IMG/VR virus record: IMGVR_UViG_3300023202_000247
Location: 124,001 to 188,000 of that record
DNA length: 64,000 nt
Strand: one strand, 5' to 3'
Shown: piece after piece, positions 39,498 through 49,846 of the stretch
How the letters are laid out: every line of letters begins with the position of its first letter
Position numbering within the stretch: position 1 is the stretch's first letter
Position numbers and translations under genes: made by a program
The notes under the pieces: model-generated
Databases searched by the model: none
What the model was told of the DNA's origin: nothing
Seen by the model: the letters and a program-made list of their open reading frames with translations, nothing else

Positions 39498-39773
39498 ATG
39501 AGTAACAAAGAGTTCCCCAATAAGTGGGCAAAGCTACTATCAGATACCTTTAAAGATGCAGCTCCTTCTATGAAGGAGGAGGAGTTGCGCGATGAGATTT
39601 ACAAGGCAGAAAAAACAATTGCCGCTGTAGAGCAAGATATGGATAATGATATCAAGCTTAAAACTCTCAAAGAAGACCTGAAGGATTTGCAAGGTGATTA
39701 TCGTAAAACGATAAAAGCAGAGCAGGCAAAAATCAAGTATTCTTTGTATGTGTTAAAAAACAGAGGACAGTGA
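39498..39773 (+). CDS. hypothetical coiled-coil protein
   Basis: 91-aa ORF with GGAG SD. Confidence 0.6.
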   Translation: MSNKEFPNKWAKLLSDTFKDAAPSMKEEELRDEIYKAEKTIAAVEQDMDNDIKLKTLKEDLKDLQGDYRKTIKAEQAKIKYSLYVLKNRGQ

Positions 39774-40714
39774 TTTGGATTGATTACTAGGCATACTTTA
39801 AAATCTTGTTGTGGAAAAAAGTCGTATGTGTTCGAAGCAGATACGCCTGTAAAAAAACTCCATTTAGATAAATTCAAACAGAAAGGGTTTTCAGCTCCAC
39901 CACATTTCATAAAAGCCGGGCTTTTTTATGTTCATAAAAAAGGAATAACAGCAACTGCTTCTTTCGGACAAAAACGAATACAGGTACAAGCATCCGGTAA
40001 AAACGCTGAAGCCCTTCTGAATGAATTTGAGAAAATATTAGATGAACTTACCAGAAAACTTTGAGGAACCAAATGAGCCGCTTCGGACTAACCAAAGAAG
40101 AATCTTTGGTTCGTTTGGCAGTTATATTACTGTTAACGGATTTGCGCAGGCTTTCTAAAGAAGAATTGCCTGACAATCTTGAAGTGTATCTCGAAAAACT
40201 TGAGTCTTCTGTTGAGGAACTAAAGAAAATGTATGAGCGCGATGCGGATCGCAAGGCGAAATTACGCAGTACCATTCGCGTAAGTTCTATCGCGGTTCGT
40301 GTCGCGTGTCAGTATTTGTTGAAATATGACAAAAATAAATGAATTGATATTCGCTATTGAAGATGATGGAGATATCAGTTTCGAACTAGACATGATAGAA
40401 TCATTCTCTGAGTTGATTTTCACTATTAGAAATCATCACATTTATAAGAGAATGCTATTGTTGATAAACAATCGTTTAGGTGATAGAGAATATGTTTGTT
40501 CTGCTATTTATCGAATGTTATCATATGATTGTCAAGGTTTGAACATACATCCTTGGGATGTATCCGTTACATTTCTATGTATAGTATTGTTTGATTCTCA
40601 CCAAGGGCTTCCGATGGAAGTGTCGAGCGCGGTGCGTGACTGTGACATTACCAAGTGGGCCAGCTTGGCTGTTGATAGTGCCGAGTTAAAAGTGTTGTTG
40701 GAGAGAAAAATAGC

Positions 40715-43399
40715 ATGATTAATTTACCTTATGTTAGTTTACACAATCAAACTACTTTTTCTACGATGGATGCATTGGTTAGCGTCCAAGAATTGTGTGA
40801 GCTGGCAAAGAAAATGGGACATGAGGCGGTGGCCATTACCGATCATGGAACCTTAGCATCCATGTGGGATGCCTATAAAATAGGTAAAAAGATGGGAATC
40901 AAAGTGATTCCCGGCTGTGAATTCAACTTCGTCGAGTCTGTCGACAATGATGAACCTTTACGTCACATAATTCTTTTGGCAAAAAATGCCACGGGTTATC
41001 ACAACTTACTGCTTCTCAATAAATTAGGCTTTGATAATAAAGCTATCATGTTCAAGTCTGCAATTCCGAGAATTGATTGGAAGCTTTTAGAAGATCACAG
41101 CGATGGTTTGATTTGTACCACAGCTTGTGGCAACGGAATCATCAGTCAGCTCATCATGCAAAAGAAACATGATGAAGCTAAAGAGTCTTTGAAAAGACTC
41201 AAAGATATATTTGGTGATGACCTAGCTATCGAATTGCAAGCACATGCTCTCGTACGAAAAGAGACGGCTTATTCCGGAGCTATTGATCAAAGGTTCATCA
41301 ACCTAAACCTTAAAAAGCTTTCAGAAGAACTCGGCATTAGAGCAATCGTTACGACGAATACACATTATGCTGATAAAGATGATTATCGTGCTCACGATAC
41401 ACTTCTAGCAATTAGAAGTGGTCAAACTGTATTCTCCGGAAATCGATTGAAATACAATGTCAATGATTTTTATTATAAACATCAGTTGGAGTTAGCATCA
41501 TTCTTTGTTCGTTTGCGTGGGTTGTATCCACAAAGCTTTGTTGAAAGTTTGTTTGAGAATACAGTTTACTTTGCAAACAAGTGCGAAGATCCCGAATGGA
41601 TTGATTTGAAGTATTCCAATCCGACCGGGAAGGAGTTGCCAAAATTTCCAGTCAGAGATGAGCCAAATCTAGATGCATTCGATGCTTGGGCAAAAAACAA
41701 TGCTCCCGGTCTTGATGATGACGTTGCGTACTTGAGGTATCGTTGTGACCTGGGATTGAAAAAGATGATCCCAGAATCAAAACATGATGAATACAAAGCA
41801 CGTTTGAAGGAAGAGTTCGATGTTATCGAATATCACGGCTTTAGCTCTTACATGCTCATTGTTGCCGATTTCATTAATTATGCAAGAAAAAATGGTATTC
41901 GCGTTGGACCCGGAAGGGGATCGGTAGCTGGCTCGCTGATTGCGTATCTATTGGAAATTCACGTAGCAGACCCCATCAAGTATGGTCTCATTTTCGCTCG
42001 TTTTCACAACAAAGAGAAAACATCATTTCCAGATATTGATGTTGACTTTGCTCCATCGGGACGTGACGAGGTACAAAACTATATTAGACAAAAATATGGT
42101 GAGGACTATGTTGCTCATGTTTCCAATGTTAATACTATAACGCCGAAGGTGTATGTAAAAGACATTGCCAGAGCACATGAGTTTGGTGGTGATAGAAAAG
42201 AGGCGGTAAAGATTGGAAATGAAATTGCTGACTTCATGCCTTCAGGCCCGAGCGCTCCCAAAAGCTTGGAAAAGGCCAAAGAGGAGTATGCTTTGTTTGC
42301 AGAGGCAATGGTTCAATTTCCGGAGCTTGCGGAGTTTGCCGATAAAATCGGAGGCAAGCCAAGAGCTTGGTCTACACACGCCGGTGGTTTAATCATTGGT
42401 GCCCGACCATTACCGGGTCTCGTTCCAGTACGTCGAGATGTACACGACTCCACGGCAATCGAGTATGACAAAGACAAGGCTGAAGAAATTGGCTTGGTCA
42501 AGATGGATACTCTCGGGTTGGAAACGCTCGACATCATAACCGATACCTATAAGTTGATTAAAGCAGTGGGTAAGGATGTACCACCAGACCCTCCGAGATT
42601 TGATGAATATGACAAAGAAACTTATGATTTAATATCTTCTGGTGATACCCTTTGTATTTTTCAGTTGAGCGGTATTGCGTCCACACTTTGTCAGTCAATC
42701 AAACCAAATAGCATCGAAGAGATTAGTTATATCAATGCGCTCGTACGTCCAAGTGCAAAAGCAATTGTTAAAGATTTCATTGCAACTCGTGAAGGAAAAA
42801 AGAAAGTAGAATTGCTGGATTCTTCTTTGGAACGTGCCTTTGGTGAAACATATGGGTTCGGACTATATGAAGAGTGTTTGCTTTATTTGGCTCAAGATGT
42901 TGCAGGATGGGATCTTCACTCAGCTGATAGGCTGAGAAAACTTACAAAAGAGAAAGGTAAGAATCCCAAAAAAGTTGCTGGGTGGCGTGAAGAGTTCATC
43001 AATGATGGTAAGAGCCAAGGAATTGATGAACATATTGTTACTAAGATTTGGGATGAAGTTGTAAATGGTTTCCAAGGATATGGGTTTAATAAATCATTAT
43101 ATTCTTTGCAGAAAGTTGATACATTTACTAAGGATGGTCAATTTTTAACATCCAAAGCAATTAAATATATAAGTTCAAATGAATATGTGCGTTCTCGTGA
43201 TGAAAAAACCGGTGTGGACATTTATGTTAGGGTAATTGATAATCATGACCACGGAAAGTTAGAAGTTGTTGATATTGAATTAGAAACTGGAGAAAAGGTT
43301 AGATGTACTATGAATCATAAGTTTAGAACAGTTGAAACCGGTGATATGGTACCTCTTCATCAAATTATTGAGAATGACTATTCTATAGTAGTGAAATGA
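40715..43399 (+). CDS. dnaE: DNA polymerase III alpha, N-terminal part fused to N-intein
   Basis: PHP (AITDHG, PGCE), GPGRGSVAGSL, FPDIDVDF, STHAGG, LVKMDTLGL; extein ends at GYGFNK. Confidence 0.95.
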   Translation: MINLPYVSLHNQTTFSTMDALVSVQELCELAKKMGHEAVAITDHGTLASMWDAYKIGKKMGIKVIPGCEFNFVESVDNDEPLRHIILLAKNATGYHNLLLLNKLGFDNKAIMFKSAIPRIDWKLLEDHSDGLICTTACGNGIISQLIMQKKHDEAKESLKRLKDIFGDDLAIELQAHALVRKETAYSGAIDQRFINLNLKKLSEELGIRAIVTTNTHYADKDDYRAHDTLLAIRSGQTVFSGNRLKYNVNDFYYKHQLELASFFVRLRGLYPQSFVESLFENTVYFANKCEDPEWIDLKYSNPTGKELPKFPVRDEPNLDAFDAWAKNNAPGLDDDVAYLRYRCDLGLKKMIPESKHDEYKARLKEEFDVIEYHGFSSYMLIVADFINYARKNGIRVGPGRGSVAGSLIAYLLEIHVADPIKYGLIFARFHNKEKTSFPDIDVDFAPSGRDEVQNYIRQKYGEDYVAHVSNVNTITPKVYVKDIARAHEFGGDRKEAVKIGNEIADFMPSGPSAPKSLEKAKEEYALFAEAMVQFPELAEFADKIGGKPRAWSTHAGGLIIGARPLPGLVPVRRDVHDSTAIEYDKDKAEEIGLVKMDTLGLETLDIITDTYKLIKAVGKDVPPDPPRFDEYDKETYDLISSGDTLCIFQLSGIASTLCQSIKPNSIEEISYINALVRPSAKAIVKDFIATREGKKKVELLDSSLERAFGETYGFGLYEECLLYLAQDVAGWDLHSADRLRKLTKEKGKNPKKVAGWREEFINDGKSQGIDEHIVTKIWDEVVNGFQGYGFNKSLYSLQKVDTFTKDGQFLTSKAIKYISSNEYVRSRDEKTGVDIYVRVIDNHDHGKLEVVDIELETGEKVRCTMNHKFRTVETGDMVPLHQIIENDYSIVVK
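43094..43396 (+). mobile_element. split intein N-fragment (101 aa, Ser1)
   Basis: starts SLYSLQKV right after FNK; G-x-x-E-V, IELETGEKVRCTMNHKF (block B TxxH). Confidence 0.88.
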
Positions 43400-45381
43400 C
43401 TAATGACTTAACGCAAAAATTCTTAAATAAGATCCCTAAACAATATCGTGAAAATATTGTGATCTTATCACCAGAAAAAGGTGGCAATTCAAGAGTAGAA
43501 TATCTGCATCCGATTTGTGGATGCAAAACAACCAGTACATTGAAGACTTTTGTTAAGCGAAAGTCTTTTGACAGTTGCTTAAAATGTTCCAATCAAAAAA
43601 ACTTTAACTACTATAAGAGTAAAATTGCTTTTCCGAATAATATAGATTTACTGGAGCCATTTCACGGTGGAGCAACAAAAGTTAGTTTCAAACACAATAT
43701 ATGTGAGTGTATAATAAACACAACATTGTCTAGACTGACCAACAGAGATCAGCTTGATTATTGTAAGAAATGCTATCAAGCATATTATTATGATTCAGCA
43801 TCAAATCTTGACAATGTAAAAATAATTGGTAAAAATAAAGGTTATAATTCTGACGCTGAGTATACATGCTCAAAATGTAGTAAAATATTTTATACGAAAC
43901 TTTCAAATCTTATTAACAGAAAAGATATTAGCAAGTGCCATGAATGCTCTAAACAAGAAACTTTAGATAGTTACTTGACGTTACTTTCTAAAGACATATT
44001 GAATAGAATAAAAGTTTTAAATCATAATGGCAGTTATTCTAGAATTAAATATGATAATCCATGCGGACATCAAACAGAATCAACTATATCTGATTTTGTG
44101 AAGCGCGAACAATTTGACTATTGTCAACATTGTTCTCAAAAAAAGAGTGTTACTGATTACATTGATTTGATTGATAAAAAGTATCATCAAAATATAGAAA
44201 TTGTTAAAGATTTGGGAGCAAAGTCTCCAATTATTTATACGTGCCCATCTTGTGGAAACAAAAGAAGATTAACTGTCAAATCACTACAACGTTTTGACGA
44301 TTGCTTGAATTGTAATAACAGTTGTCGTATTTCAAAGCAAGAAATGATTGATAATCTCAAGCCGTTTTTGAACAACATAAAAATCGTTGATGGTTTTCCA
44401 GGGCATAGAACCAGTGTTGTAACCGGTAACTGCGTTGCTTGTAATTCCAAGGTTGAAAACTATTACTTTAATTTTTCAAGATACTATACTTATTATAACG
44501 AACCAAGATGCAGTAGTTGCAGCCCAAAGAGCATAGAGCAAAAAATGCTGGCCAATTTTGTTGGGTCGTTAACAGATTTCATAGAAAATGATAAGTCAAT
44601 AATCAAATCATCAGAAACAGATCGTAACCTAGAAATCGATATTTATTGTCCTAAGGAAAAGTTTGCTATTGAATATAATGGTTTGCTTTGGCATTCCGAA
44701 AAATATGGAAAAGATAAGAATTATCATTTCTATAAAACAAGACAGTGTCAAGAGCATGGTATATATTTGTTACATATATGGTCAGATAAATATAAGAAAC
44801 ATCCAGAAATATATCACTCTATAATAAGATACTGTTTGGGTAAAATAAAGAATAGAATATTTGCAAGACGCTGTATTTTGAAAGAATTGGACAAGAATAT
44901 CTCAAGAGATTTTTTTACAACAAATCATCTTGATGGCAATGTCGGTTGTCTAAAAGCATGGGGTTTGTTTCATGATGAAAAGTTGATTCAAGCTATCTCG
45001 GTAAGGCGTGTGAGTAAGCAAAACAGTAAATACGCTTCTTATTTAGAAATTGCAAGAATGGCAACTCTTTTAAACCATTCAGTGGTTGGAGGCGAATCAA
45101 AACTGTTGAGCTTTGTTGAAAAGTTTGCTCGTGATAATGAATATGCTGGTATCTTGAATTATGTAAGTGCTGATTTTGGAAAGCCTCAACAAAATAAATA
45201 TCATTTTGAGTACAAAGGTATTACTGATGTTTCGTATTGTTATACGGATGGTAATAAAAGAATTTCTCGACAACGCCTTCAAAACAGACCTAAAGGTGTT
45301 AGTGAGCGCGCTCATGCCAATAGTTTGAATCTCTGGCGCGTTAATCTAACACCAAACTTCATTTATATATTGAATTTCTAA
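43396..45381 (+). mobile_element. free-standing homing-endonuclease-like gene: six zinc-ribbon repeats, Vsr/DUF559-like nuclease, C-terminal Mom/GNAT-like domain
   Basis: six Cys/His repeats; LEIDIY...AIEYNGLLWH; LEIARMA...VVGGESKLL; lies between the intein halves. Confidence 0.78.
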
Positions 45382-45491
45382 TGTCAAAAATAAAATCACT
45401 AAAACCGGTTGGTAAATTGCAAACATATGATCTGGAAGTTGACCATCCAGATCATCAGTATTATTTATCAAACGGAGTTTTAACTAGCAAC
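45381..45491 (+). mobile_element. split intein C-fragment (37 aa)
   Basis: MSKIKSLKPVGKLQTYDLEVDHPDHQYYLSNGVLTSN followed by Ser+1. Confidence 0.92.
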
Positions 45492-46715
45492 AGCCACTCT
45501 ACACTTTACTCTATGATATCATTTCATACTGCATATCTAAAAGCTCATTTTCCTTTAGAGTTTTTGGTTGCAAACTTGAAGAGTGAGACAAAAAAGACAT
45601 CAAACCCCAAGGCCAAGGACAATGTCTTAAAAATAAAGGACGAGATTCGTAGTCTTGGAATAAAGTTGATTGCTCCCAACGTAAACAACAGCTTGAGGGT
45701 TTACAAAATTATCACCGACAAAACGTTGATGACGGGACTCAACAGCATCAAGTATGTTAGCGATGATGCGATTGAAGATATTGTAGCTAAAAGACCATTT
45801 AAGAGCTATAGTGATTTTATTGCCAGAACAGATAGTCGCAAAGTAAGAGCCAACTCCATTCAAGCCCTTGCAGCATCTGGTTGTCTCGATGATTTCGGAT
45901 TACCACGTAAGTTGATGTTTCTTTACGCATCGGATTTTAGAAAGAAACAAAGCTCGGCTTTGAGAGCAGCCAAAAAGGCTGGTAATGATGAGTTGGTGAA
46001 GCAGATTACCGAAGATTTCGAATATCCATGGCCAGAGGATTCTGAATGGTCGGTGCAAGAACTTTTTGCCTTGGAAGAGTATTTCATGGGGGAGGGTTTG
46101 AGCGGCACGGTACAAGAACGCTATGTCGGTTTCTTCGATTCTAGCTCTATTGATTATAGACTTTTGCCCAAGATGTTTCCATATCGTCTTCTTGACGAAG
46201 ATGATAAAGTTAACAGAAAAAAGAATACACACCCAATACCAAATAGTAAAGTTCCATATTTGAAAGGAATTATAAAAAGACTATTTTCTTTTAAGGTTAA
46301 GAAAGATGATTCGCCAATTCGCGGTCAAGAAATGGCAATTATTACCATACAAGATCCATATGGAACGGATATGACTTGTATAGCGTTTCCTGATACATGG
46401 GTGCATATACAGAAGCGCATCTATGAGGATTTGTCTGGACGCTCTGCAAAACTAGATGTTGGTCTTGCTGTTGCCATGACCGGTTCGTTTCAGCACGAAA
46501 ATGAACATGTTCATTCATTCATCATTGATGATATATTGGATATACAGGAGTCTCCGGCTCTTCCAAAGGATAGAGATTCTAAAAGTATCAAACTGCCTCG
46601 TAAGAAAAAGGTTAAAGAGGACCCCGAGAAATTGGAAAAAGAAGAACTAGCTGAAATCATGGAAGATGATATGATTCAAGAGGGTTTTGTGTTTGATGAG
46701 CCGGAACCATTATAA
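45381..46715 (+). CDS. dnaE: DNA polymerase III alpha, C-terminal part preceded by C-intein
   Basis: SHSTLYSMISFHTAYLKAHFPLEF, GLNSIKYV (HhH), OB fold MAIITIQD. Confidence 0.93.
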   Translation: MSKIKSLKPVGKLQTYDLEVDHPDHQYYLSNGVLTSNSHSTLYSMISFHTAYLKAHFPLEFLVANLKSETKKTSNPKAKDNVLKIKDEIRSLGIKLIAPNVNNSLRVYKIITDKTLMTGLNSIKYVSDDAIEDIVAKRPFKSYSDFIARTDSRKVRANSIQALAASGCLDDFGLPRKLMFLYASDFRKKQSSALRAAKKAGNDELVKQITEDFEYPWPEDSEWSVQELFALEEYFMGEGLSGTVQERYVGFFDSSSIDYRLLPKMFPYRLLDEDDKVNRKKNTHPIPNSKVPYLKGIIKRLFSFKVKKDDSPIRGQEMAIITIQDPYGTDMTCIAFPDTWVHIQKRIYEDLSGRSAKLDVGLAVAMTGSFQHENEHVHSFIIDDILDIQESPALPKDRDSKSIKLPRKKKVKEDPEKLEKEELAEIMEDDMIQEGFVFDEPEPL

Positions 46716-46748
46716 TTGCTCAACTATGTTGAGACTAATAGGTGAACC

Positions 46749-47528
46749 ATGAGATGTATGAATTGTCAGGCAGAAATTCCCCCTGAATGGGTAGCAGCTA
46801 TTCAGCGCAATGAATGCCCAGGATGTGGCAAAGAAATAATGAATGACCGCGCAAAAGAACTTTTGGCAGAATTAACAGATGCAATGGAAAGAATGCCAAA
46901 AAATCCGCAAGGTGTTGCAGGTTGGTTGATGTCCAATTATGAATTTCGTAAAATTGGTGAAGCTGTTCCAACTGAAAGGTTTCACGTTGGTGGGCCCCAG
47001 ATGCCGATGCAAGGAATGCAAGGACACCCTCAAGCTGCTCCCGGTTCCCCAGAACAATTTCTTCAAAACAGTACAGCATACAATACCATACAACAAACAA
47101 GAGCAAAGGTTGCTGAGCGCAACAATCTGAAACAAGCAGCTGCTATGATTAGTCAAGACATGTACGGCAATGGTTCGTCTGAAATTGAAGTACCACCAGA
47201 ACCAGACCCGTTATTGGATGATTTGGGCTTGGAGAGTTTGCCAGATGATATTGATCCAAATACTCGTGCAATGTTGATGGAAGAACAAGAACGTCAAGCT
47301 TATGAACAAATGCGAGGACCAAGAGTTGCAAAATCTTTAGCTTCCCAGGCTGATTTTCACGGAGATGCAAGCCCAGAAGAAATTCAACTCGCTGTACAAG
47401 AGACTTTGAATTATGGTAAAGAACTGGAAGCTAGAAATGAAGAAGTTAAAAATATGCAAAGGATGCAGCGGTTGAAGAATGGACTTGTTCCCAAAGGTCA
47501 AGGAGTCGTAACTCGACGTGACGGTTGA
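46749..47528 (+). CDS. zinc-ribbon hypothetical protein
   Basis: CMNC...CPGCG at the N-terminus. Confidence 0.6.
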   Translation: MRCMNCQAEIPPEWVAAIQRNECPGCGKEIMNDRAKELLAELTDAMERMPKNPQGVAGWLMSNYEFRKIGEAVPTERFHVGGPQMPMQGMQGHPQAAPGSPEQFLQNSTAYNTIQQTRAKVAERNNLKQAAAMISQDMYGNGSSEIEVPPEPDPLLDDLGLESLPDDIDPNTRAMLMEEQERQAYEQMRGPRVAKSLASQADFHGDASPEEIQLAVQETLNYGKELEARNEEVKNMQRMQRLKNGLVPKGQGVVTRRDG

Positions 47529-47895
47529 TATGCCAACTAGAATAATAGATAATAAAAAATTAGAAATTACCAACGATGAATATCGTGCTTATCAAGAATT
47601 ATGCAAAGCATATGATAGGGATAACTTTAAAGGCGAAGAGTTATTCAAAGATCATTTTGAGGTTAATGAGCATGGAATCATAATTTTTGTTAAACCTCCT
47701 AGTCAAAGATATTCTAGTCTAGAAGTGTTTTGTTTTTTGCTTAGTATCATGCAGAATCAACATATACGAATCATGTATGAACAAAACAAGTCTTTGATGA
47801 AAGAATCCGCACAGCATATAAAAAAGCTTAGAGATGAGCTTGATGAATTAAAAGAGGATTTGAAATCAGCTCAAACAGATGTCGAGAAAGGCTGA
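47518..47895 (+). CDS. hypothetical protein
   Basis: 125-aa ORF. Confidence 0.6.
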   Translation: MTVDMPTRIIDNKKLEITNDEYRAYQELCKAYDRDNFKGEELFKDHFEVNEHGIIIFVKPPSQRYSSLEVFCFLLSIMQNQHIRIMYEQNKSLMKESAQHIKKLRDELDELKEDLKSAQTDVEKG

Positions 47896-48009
47896 CCTCT
47901 CAATCTATTGATTGAGATTGCTTTCTGTTTTGGTAAAAGCAGCAGCTAATAGTGCAATCATTTTCAAAGGATGCTGTACTTCTAAAAGTCACAAACAGAG
48001 GAAATCAGA

Positions 48010-48483
48010 ATGGATCAAGCAGAGCTAGAAGATTTTCAGAAATCGCTTCACACCGAAAAAGACCTCACGGAAGCCGATAAATTCACCCAAGCCTTTGAAA
48101 AGGTAATGGAGGAGTTGGATGTATTGTATCGTGGAGTATATGACAATGATGAAGCGCTGAGAACAGCGGCTCTCTGTCTAATTGCTCAGAGGCATTTGAT
48201 AAACGCTATTGGCGCGAGCGAATTCAAGGCGCGCTCTTTGAAGCGCGATATCGATTTCAAAAAAGCTGAGGTTTATTCAGATTTGAAATTGGCAACACCC
48301 CAAGGTGGCAAAAAGCTTACGGAATCTGCTCTTCAGCAATTAGTTAATAAAGATTCTGATGTACACCAGTTATATTTAGATCAAGCAGAAGCGGAACGGG
48401 AGTACAAAGAGTACTCCAATATGTTGATGCTATTGAAAGATGCACATATAACATTTAGATCAGTATCGAAAAAAGGTGACTAA
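48010..48483 (+). CDS. helical protein, possibly UvsY-like recombination mediator
   Basis: size, helical pattern and position just before the RecA-like gene. Confidence 0.4.
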   Translation: MDQAELEDFQKSLHTEKDLTEADKFTQAFEKVMEELDVLYRGVYDNDEALRTAALCLIAQRHLINAIGASEFKARSLKRDIDFKKAEVYSDLKLATPQGGKKLTESALQQLVNKDSDVHQLYLDQAEAEREYKEYSNMLMLLKDAHITFRSVSKKGD

Positions 48484-48485
48484 TA

Positions 48486-49517
48486 ATGCCAAGAACAGCA
48501 AAAGTAAAACAGGATAAAGAAACAGAAGATAAAACAATAGAAGAAACAGATTCAACAAAAAACAAGCCAAAGTTTGTGCCTACCGGTATCAACATCAATA
48601 AGTTGGTGAAATCGGTCCAAGGTAGATATGCTAAGTCTAAGAAAGACAAAGATCACTCTACTGATATTTCTACTGGTAGTGAAATAAAAGTATTCAGTGA
48701 CGACGAAGATTTCGTTCTATCGGAAGACTTGCGTAAGTGGTGGCAACCTCTTACTGGGATCAAAGGGTGTCCATTTGGACGTATCGTGCAAATTGCTGGT
48801 AAACCTGATAGCGGTAAATCAACAACAGCAATGCTTTTCATGAAGGCAGCCCAAGAAGCCGGATATTTGGTAATTTTATGGGATGCTGAAAAGAAATTCA
48901 GTACTAAGAGATACGATAATAATATCGGCGGTGACAGTTCGTCACTTTTGATTACCAGAAACAAAAGTGTAATTGAGGGCGCAAAGCAAGTTCACTGGTA
49001 TATCAATGATGCTAAGTCCCAAAATCCAGATGTCAAGATTTTGGTTGTTTGGGACTCAGTTGGAGCAACGCTCAATACTACTGAAGATATCGATGATGAT
49101 AAGCAAGATTATAGTACGCAGCCTGGCGTAACGGCCAAACAAGTATCTTGGGCCATTCGAAAGTTCAATGCTTTGGCTGAAAGGTATAAGAATGCCAAAA
49201 ATGGCAGAGAAACAATATCAATTCTTTGCGTCAACCAAATTTACCAGTTGATTGGTTCTCCAGGTTCCAAAGAAAAAGGTGGAGAAGAGTTATATTATTT
49301 GTCGAGCCTGATTCTTCAGCTGACTAGAAAGTCAGATTTGATACGACAACGTAACAAGCAAAAAGTTAAATATGGTATCGTTTCGAGAGCTAAAGTTCGT
49401 AAAAATCACTTGTTTGATGGAGACGATTGTATAGCTGAATTGGAGCTAGTTGTGTCTGCAAATGGCATCGAGTTAAAAGATGAAATTTCTGATGAATTTT
49501 TAGAAGAGGATATGTGA
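48486..49517 (+). CDS. recA: RecA/UvsX-like recombinase
   Basis: GCPFGRIVQIAGKPDSGKST, WDAE, VVWDSV, NQ, GG, KVRKN. Confidence 0.88.
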   Translation: MPRTAKVKQDKETEDKTIEETDSTKNKPKFVPTGININKLVKSVQGRYAKSKKDKDHSTDISTGSEIKVFSDDEDFVLSEDLRKWWQPLTGIKGCPFGRIVQIAGKPDSGKSTTAMLFMKAAQEAGYLVILWDAEKKFSTKRYDNNIGGDSSSLLITRNKSVIEGAKQVHWYINDAKSQNPDVKILVVWDSVGATLNTTEDIDDDKQDYSTQPGVTAKQVSWAIRKFNALAERYKNAKNGRETISILCVNQIYQLIGSPGSKEKGGEELYYLSSLILQLTRKSDLIRQRNKQKVKYGIVSRAKVRKNHLFDGDDCIAELELVVSANGIELKDEISDEFLEEDM

Positions 49518-49846
49518 TAAATGCCTGAAGATATTACACTTTCTGTCGAGAGCGAAACTTACTTTAATATCAACAGATCAGCTAATGATCCGGTATATAT
49601 ATTGATAGTTGAGCACCCTGAAAAAAAGGATAAACTCATCTATTTTAAAGCACCCAAATATGAAAGGATGGCAGCCTCAGTGAAGGCAAAAGGAACAGAA
49701 ATAACAAAAACACAATTTAACAGTTTAGAAAAAGATCCGAATACAGAAATAGAAACGAAACAGGGAATTCGAGAAAGAGAATTCCCTTGGCATACAGTTA
49801 GAAGAATAGACAATTTATCATACAGACCGAAAACAAAGGAAAACAA

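Noticed and set aside
43396-45381. Group I intron explanation for the dnaE interruption
   Set aside because: The ORFs abut with overlapping stop/start codons, leaving no non-coding room for a ribozyme core; both flanks carry intein motifs
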